Positions 59,993 to 64,000 of a stretch of DNA of 64,000 nt are shown here, piece by piece (the first letter of the stretch is position 1; each line of letters begins with the position of its first letter). The stretch is from Candidatus Woesebacteria bacterium GW2011_GWB1_39_12 (GTDB lineage Bacteria; Patescibacteriota; Microgenomatia; UBA8517), in NCBI GenBank assembly GCA_000993405.1, contig LBWB01000007.1, positions 8,383 through 72,382 of the forward strand. The letters are read 5' to 3'. The notes beneath the pieces were generated by a model. It was given only the letters and a program-made list of their open reading frames with translations, had not been told where the DNA came from and ran no database searches. The translations under genes were made by a program, and so were the position numbers.

Positions 59993-60840
59993 AATCCTCT
60001 ACATATTTTTTCCCAGTCGAAATTTTTTTTAACATAGTCTTTTTCAGATTTGCTAACTGGTCTAGCACCTTTCTGGAATAGTTTAATCAGGTTTTCTACT
60101 TTTTTTTTATCCTCGGGAATATACTCGGCAAATTCATTAAACCATTTGCGGTAGTGTGGTTTGTCGAAACAAATCGGCCTGGCTCCGCAAAGAAGTCCTT
60201 CCAAAACAGGTAATTCAAAGCCCTCAATACGTCTTAGTCCGGATACAAACTGACACTGGCTGTAGTATTGGGCAAGAGTCGTATCATTCATACCGTTGCT
60301 GTAAAACACTTCTTTGCTACTCTCTCCGGTACCAAGTTGAAACACAGTTTTTTTGACTGATCTTGCAGCCTCAAGGATTTCATTTTTGCATTCTCTGTTC
60401 CATCTTTTTCCTGTACCTGTACCGGCAATAATAAATCTGCGTTCGGCTTTAGTTTCTTTGAAAATTTCAGCGTCAACCCCCAAAGGTGCCCAGTAAAATT
60501 TAAAATTGGGAGTATTCCCGTCCTCGCGGCAAAGCTCAGGAAGATTATAATAACTCCAGGTCAGTTCTGCCTTTTCCCAAATGGGTAGCCAGTCGAGGGT
60601 GTTAGGATTTGGAGTGCTTCTTACCGAGAGTTGTATAATGGCGTAGCGTTTTTTTTGTTCTATTAATTTTTGAGTGTACCAAAGCGTTTTTCTTCGTCGA
60701 CCATAGTCGCAGACAACAACAAAATCAGCTCCTTCGGGATTTTCAGTAAGTGTGTGCTCTAATGATAAATATTTTTTCAGCGCATTAGTTATTCTTGATA
60801 TTGCGTTATCCGGCAGAAATTTTTCGACGTAAACGTTCAT
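59971..60840 (-). CDS. GT-B (GT4-like) glycosyltransferase
   Basis: PLGVD, EGFELPVLEG, FDWEKI. Confidence 0.82.
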   Translation of the reverse strand: MNVYVEKFLPDNAISRITNALKKYLSLEHTLTENPEGADFVVVCDYGRRRKTLWYTQKLIEQKKRYAIIQLSVRSTPNPNTLDWLPIWEKAELTWSYYNLPELCREDGNTPNFKFYWAPLGVDAEIFKETKAERRFIIAGTGTGKRWNRECKNEILEAARSVKKTVFQLGTGESSKEVFYSNGMNDTTLAQYYSQCQFVSGLRRIEGFELPVLEGLLCGARPICFDKPHYRKWFNEFAEYIPEDKKKVENLIKLFQKGARPVSKSEKDYVKKNFDWEKICRGFWKLALW

Positions 60841-60848
60841 ATTTATAA

Positions 60849-61556
60849 TTAAAATGAATGCGGTCGCAGTATAATTTCAGAATTCTTAACAAACATAAAG
60901 GAGCGAGGCCTGTCTCTTACTTCGCCGTCAACAACACTTTTTCTTCCCAAAATAAACCAGGGTGAGATATTGTAGGCCGCAACATAACCATGAAGTGCAT
61001 CAACAACATGGCTTTGATAGCCGGGATCAGTTTTTTTGATGTAGTCATGTCCGGCTACTATTCCGCCGGGGCGTACTCTTTTGGACCACTCAACTAAGTC
61101 GTGTGCTACATGACTGAATTCGTGACTGGCATCAATATAGACAAAATCGAGGGATTCGTATTTAAAACTTTTGACCGCATCAGCGCTTAATTTTTTTATG
61201 AGTTTGCAATTGTATTTGGCGAGTCTTTTTTTGGCTTCTTTGTAAATCTTGTCCATTGTCTTTTGGTTAGTATGATCCCGGTAGCCATTGTATACCTGCC
61301 AAGCGTCGACAGAAAATAATCTTAGTTTGGGATTGGAACGGAGTAGAATTTCTGAGTATTCTCCTCGTTCTATGCCGACTTCAGTTCCTATTGTAAAGCC
61401 TAATTCGTTAAAGAGTTTAGCCAATTCCACACGGCCAAAGTTAGGAATTTCAATAGGGGATTTTGTTGTCAAGTCTAGATTAAATTTATTGGCAATGTGG
61501 TCCAATGTTTTGTCTATTTCATTCATGATATTTTTCGATGTCATAGTCGTTCCCAA
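60849..61556 (-). CDS. Class I SAM-dependent methyltransferase, paralog of 57365-58021
   Basis: PIEIPNFGR, GTEVGI, LDFVYIDASH, GHDY. Confidence 0.88.
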   Translation of the reverse strand: MGTTMTSKNIMNEIDKTLDHIANKFNLDLTTKSPIEIPNFGRVELAKLFNELGFTIGTEVGIERGEYSEILLRSNPKLRLFSVDAWQVYNGYRDHTNQKTMDKIYKEAKKRLAKYNCKLIKKLSADAVKSFKYESLDFVYIDASHEFSHVAHDLVEWSKRVRPGGIVAGHDYIKKTDPGYQSHVVDALHGYVAAYNISPWFILGRKSVVDGEVRDRPRSFMFVKNSEIILRPHSF

Positions 61557-62407
61557 AAACCGGATGCGATTCGCTCCCAGTTAAAACGTTCTTTAGCAAG
61601 ATTAATTTCGGATGGGGTTATGGGTCTTGCACCATTACGAAAAATGACTTCCAGAGAGTCAATGACTTCAGCCCGGGAGTTTTCCGGAATAAATACGGCA
61701 AATTCATTAAACCAAGCTCGGTAGTGAGGTCGATCAAACATTATTGGCCGAGCCCCGCAGAGAAACCCCTCGGCAGCTGGCAGTTCGAAACCCTCAAATC
61801 TCCGTAATCCGGATACGAATTCGCAGGCGCTGTAATGTTCGGCGAGTAGGTTGTCACTAATTCCTTTGCTGCATTCTACATCTTCCCCCAAGTGGAGTTC
61901 GCGACCGACGTGGAAAACCGGCCTACCAACTTTTCTGGCGGCCTTCACCGCTTCGCGTACACCCTCGGTTAAATAATCCGGGCCGCTTGTGGCTATAATA
62001 AATTTCTTCTCTACATTTGTAGGTTTAAATATAGCAGCATCAGCCCCAAGCGGTGTGTAATAAAAATTAAAGTTAGCCAGTTCTTGGTCTTCACGGCAGA
62101 GTACGGGTAGATTTAGGAAACTAACTACAACCTCAGCTTTTTGCCATAAAGGAAGCCAGCTTTCAGTCGAAGGCTTGAGAGTGCGACGCAAAGCGTGTTG
62201 TAAAACTGCGAATTTTTTACCTTCATTTGCCAAATGTTCAGCCAAGCTTAACACCCGGTCGTGGCGTCCGACTACATGGATGATTACCAAGTCTGCGTTG
62301 TCCCTGTTATCAACTATCTGAATAGATTCGGGTGCATATAGGGTAAATGCGTTATTAATCCGTGCCAGTGCCCGGTCGTCGGGTGGAGTTTCGAAATAGA
62401 CTCTCAT
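61541..62407 (-). CDS. GT-B (GT4-like) glycosyltransferase, paralog of 59971-60840
   Basis: EGFELPAAEG, FNWERI. Confidence 0.82.
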   Translation of the reverse strand: MRVYFETPPDDRALARINNAFTLYAPESIQIVDNRDNADLVIIHVVGRHDRVLSLAEHLANEGKKFAVLQHALRRTLKPSTESWLPLWQKAEVVVSFLNLPVLCREDQELANFNFYYTPLGADAAIFKPTNVEKKFIIATSGPDYLTEGVREAVKAARKVGRPVFHVGRELHLGEDVECSKGISDNLLAEHYSACEFVSGLRRFEGFELPAAEGFLCGARPIMFDRPHYRAWFNEFAVFIPENSRAEVIDSLEVIFRNGARPITPSEINLAKERFNWERIASGFWERL

Positions 62408-63121
62408 TTAATTTTTCTTCCTTAAAACCAAATGATAACTTTTTCGTTCATTACGGACCCACTGGTTGTCAAAATTTGCTTCGGTTTGGCTATCGCGACG
62501 GAAACCGAGTTTGGAAATTTTATCTAGCCACCAGTTTAAGTCCTCATGGATCCGGTGCATGTCAACCTGATACTTCGGATTTATGGATTTTTTGTTGGCA
62601 ATACTTATCACAAACATTCCGTCTGTCTTCAGGTGATTGGCAACATTGGTAAAAAGTTGTTCTAGGTCAGGTTCGGGGATGTGTTCCATAACTTCCCAGG
62701 CCGTGATAACGTCAAATTGATAAAGCTTTTCATCACCTCGATGGATTATAAATGGTTTGGTAATGTCGCAGGTAAAAAGGTTATCGGGTATTATTGACCA
62801 ATCACCCCAAGCGGTTTTTTGGTATCGATCAGTACCTTCGAGTCCTATCGCTATGCGGCCTTCATCAATACAATCTTTGATAAAACCACCACCGCCACAT
62901 CCCAGGTCTAATACAGAGGCGGTTTTAGGTAGACGAGCATTAAACTTAGAATTACGAGAGTTGTATTTGGTGTGCATTGTCGGCATTGGATAGCGATACT
63001 CGTATGAATCTAGTGCTAAGGGGTAATTTGTCTTTAAGTAGAATTTCATCGCGTTAGAGATCCGACTCGCTTTAGGCGTGTCGGCAAAAATTTCTAATTT
63101 TTTATCTCTAACGGGATTCAT
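62408..63121 (-). CDS. Class I SAM-dependent methyltransferase
   Basis: VLDLGCGGG, FDVITAWEVMEH. Confidence 0.88.
   Translation of the reverse strand: MNPVRDKKLEIFADTPKASRISNAMKFYLKTNYPLALDSYEYRYPMPTMHTKYNSRNSKFNARLPKTASVLDLGCGGGGFIKDCIDEGRIAIGLEGTDRYQKTAWGDWSIIPDNLFTCDITKPFIIHRGDEKLYQFDVITAWEVMEHIPEPDLEQLFTNVANHLKTDGMFVISIANKKSINPKYQVDMHRIHEDLNWWLDKISKLGFRRDSQTEANFDNQWVRNERKSYHLVLRKKN
63050..63116. mobile_element. 67-bp non-autonomous inverted-repeat element, in frame at the start codon
   Basis: CGCGTTAGAGAT...ATCTCTAACGGGA flanked by TTCAT at 63045-63049 and 63117-63121. Confidence 0.78.
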
Positions 63122-63125
63122 TTAT

Positions 63126-63842
63126 TTATATTACCTTGAGCATTGTACCCTCCTTGATCATCTTGACTCCATCATTCCATCTACCTAGAGCGATTTTTAC
63201 TCTTGCGCGAAGTCCGTTTTCTGTGTACCTGGCAGTATTGATATATAGTCGCTCTAATGAAGTGTTTCTGGAAATGTAGCGGTAGTGAAGTAGTAGTATC
63301 TTTGCCCAGGAATGACTAGCACCTTTTGGAAGATAAGTAATATGCTTTCCCATATTAAACCTTACATTTATCTCCGGGTTAAAGATGATCATTTTGTCGT
63401 ATAAATGGGACCTAACCCCGAAGTAGCATTCTTCATAAATCTGCCCTTTTGTTGTGGGAAAGTTTTCCGAAAACATTGTCATTCCTGAGGCCTTTATTGC
63501 TTTTATACCCCTTTCTTGTTGTTGCGATAATACGCCGATAATATCTTTGTTGTAGAGAAATTCGTCACCGTCTGGGCACATTACCCAGTTTGCAACACCC
63601 CGGCTGTATTTTTTGTAAAACTTATAGAAGCAGGCATTATGGTATTTACTGAAATCTCCCCTGAAGTTATAACTCAATAACGTGACTTTGGGATTTTTCT
63701 TTGCAATCTCAATGGTTTTGTCTGTGCTGCCGTCATCAGTGATAAATATCCTGTCTGCAAAAGTTGAGTAGTAACGCAAGAAATAGGGGAGTAGACGTTC
63801 CTCATTTTTCATTACACTATAGACGTGTATTATCATTGACAT
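63126..63842 (-). CDS. GT2-like glycosyltransferase
   Basis: KNEERLLPYFL, DDGSTD, DGDEF, LLHY. Confidence 0.85.
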   Translation of the reverse strand: MSMIIHVYSVMKNEERLLPYFLRYYSTFADRIFITDDGSTDKTIEIAKKNPKVTLLSYNFRGDFSKYHNACFYKFYKKYSRGVANWVMCPDGDEFLYNKDIIGVLSQQQERGIKAIKASGMTMFSENFPTTKGQIYEECYFGVRSHLYDKMIIFNPEINVRFNMGKHITYLPKGASHSWAKILLLHYRYISRNTSLERLYINTARYTENGLRARVKIALGRWNDGVKMIKEGTMLKVI

Positions 63843-64000
63843 ATTGCTATTGCTACACCTTTATCATCAGGCTTACATGGGTATATGATTCCCAGATCGT
63901 TTTTTTGGATAAACATCTCGGTGTTTGAGAAATGCTTTTTTAAGGCTTCGGAAAACTCGTTCAGTCTATATTCGAATAAATGGAACTTGCTTCTTGCAAA
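63833..64000 (-). CDS. C-terminal end of a probable methyltransferase (truncated by window edge)
   Basis: ...KFHLFEYRLNEFSEALKKHFSNTEMF...AICQ*; stop overlaps the next gene start. Confidence 0.55.
   Translation of the reverse strand, partial: FARSKFHLFEYRLNEFSEALKKHFSNTEMFIQKNDLGIIYPCKPDDKGVAIAICQ

Noticed and set aside
63930-63945. Homopolymer frameshift in the terminal partial gene
   Set aside because: On recount the six-base run keeps the frame through to the stop at 63833
38240-64000. Intact prophage
   Set aside because: No integrase, terminase, portal, capsid or lysis genes in the window; only phage-like modules

Overview
A 64-kb, AT-rich chromosomal segment read in genetic code 11. 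The 16S/23S sequences, gene content and pilin/ATPase types point to a Patescibacteria (CPR), Microgenomates-like bacterium; this is inference, not a computed placement. In order, it holds: a copper/heavy-metal and thiol-redox cluster (CopA, cupredoxin, YHS, TrxA/TrxB, DsbA-like); tRNA-Glu/Lys/Gln; an unlinked rRNA set (16S at ~14.85-17.40 kb; tRNA-Ile, tRNA-Ala, 23S and 5S at 22.9-28.0 kb, separated from 16S by protein genes); rpsA, radA, a sortase with its LPxTG substrate, rho, a LysM/M23 peptidase and tRNA-Ala(CGC). A long minus-strand island follows, with tatC/tatA/tatA, a 1312-aa Ser/Pro-repeat fibre-like protein and many glycosyl- and methyltransferases, interrupted by a CHASE-PAS kinase module and a BrnTA toxin-antitoxin pair. 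The rRNA genes are heavily interrupted: seven related ORF-less inverted-repeat inserts (six inside the rRNAs, one in the 23S leader), an ORF-less group I intron next to the peptidyl-transferase centre, and an 880-nt 16S intron with a group II domain V-like hairpin that encodes a LAGLIDADG nuclease. The strongest unexplained signals are: (1) a putative mobile element consisting only of a small GIY-YIG nuclease between terminal inverted repeats with 5-bp target duplications, plus two short in-frame derivatives, all at gene starts; (2) intact tRNA, 5S and ncRNA genes nested in or next to palindrome-disrupted copies of themselves; (3) a twice-occurring ~70-nt structured leader motif; (4) the fibre + glycosylation + Tat gene assembly. 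Family assignments come from motif recognition by eye, not database searches.
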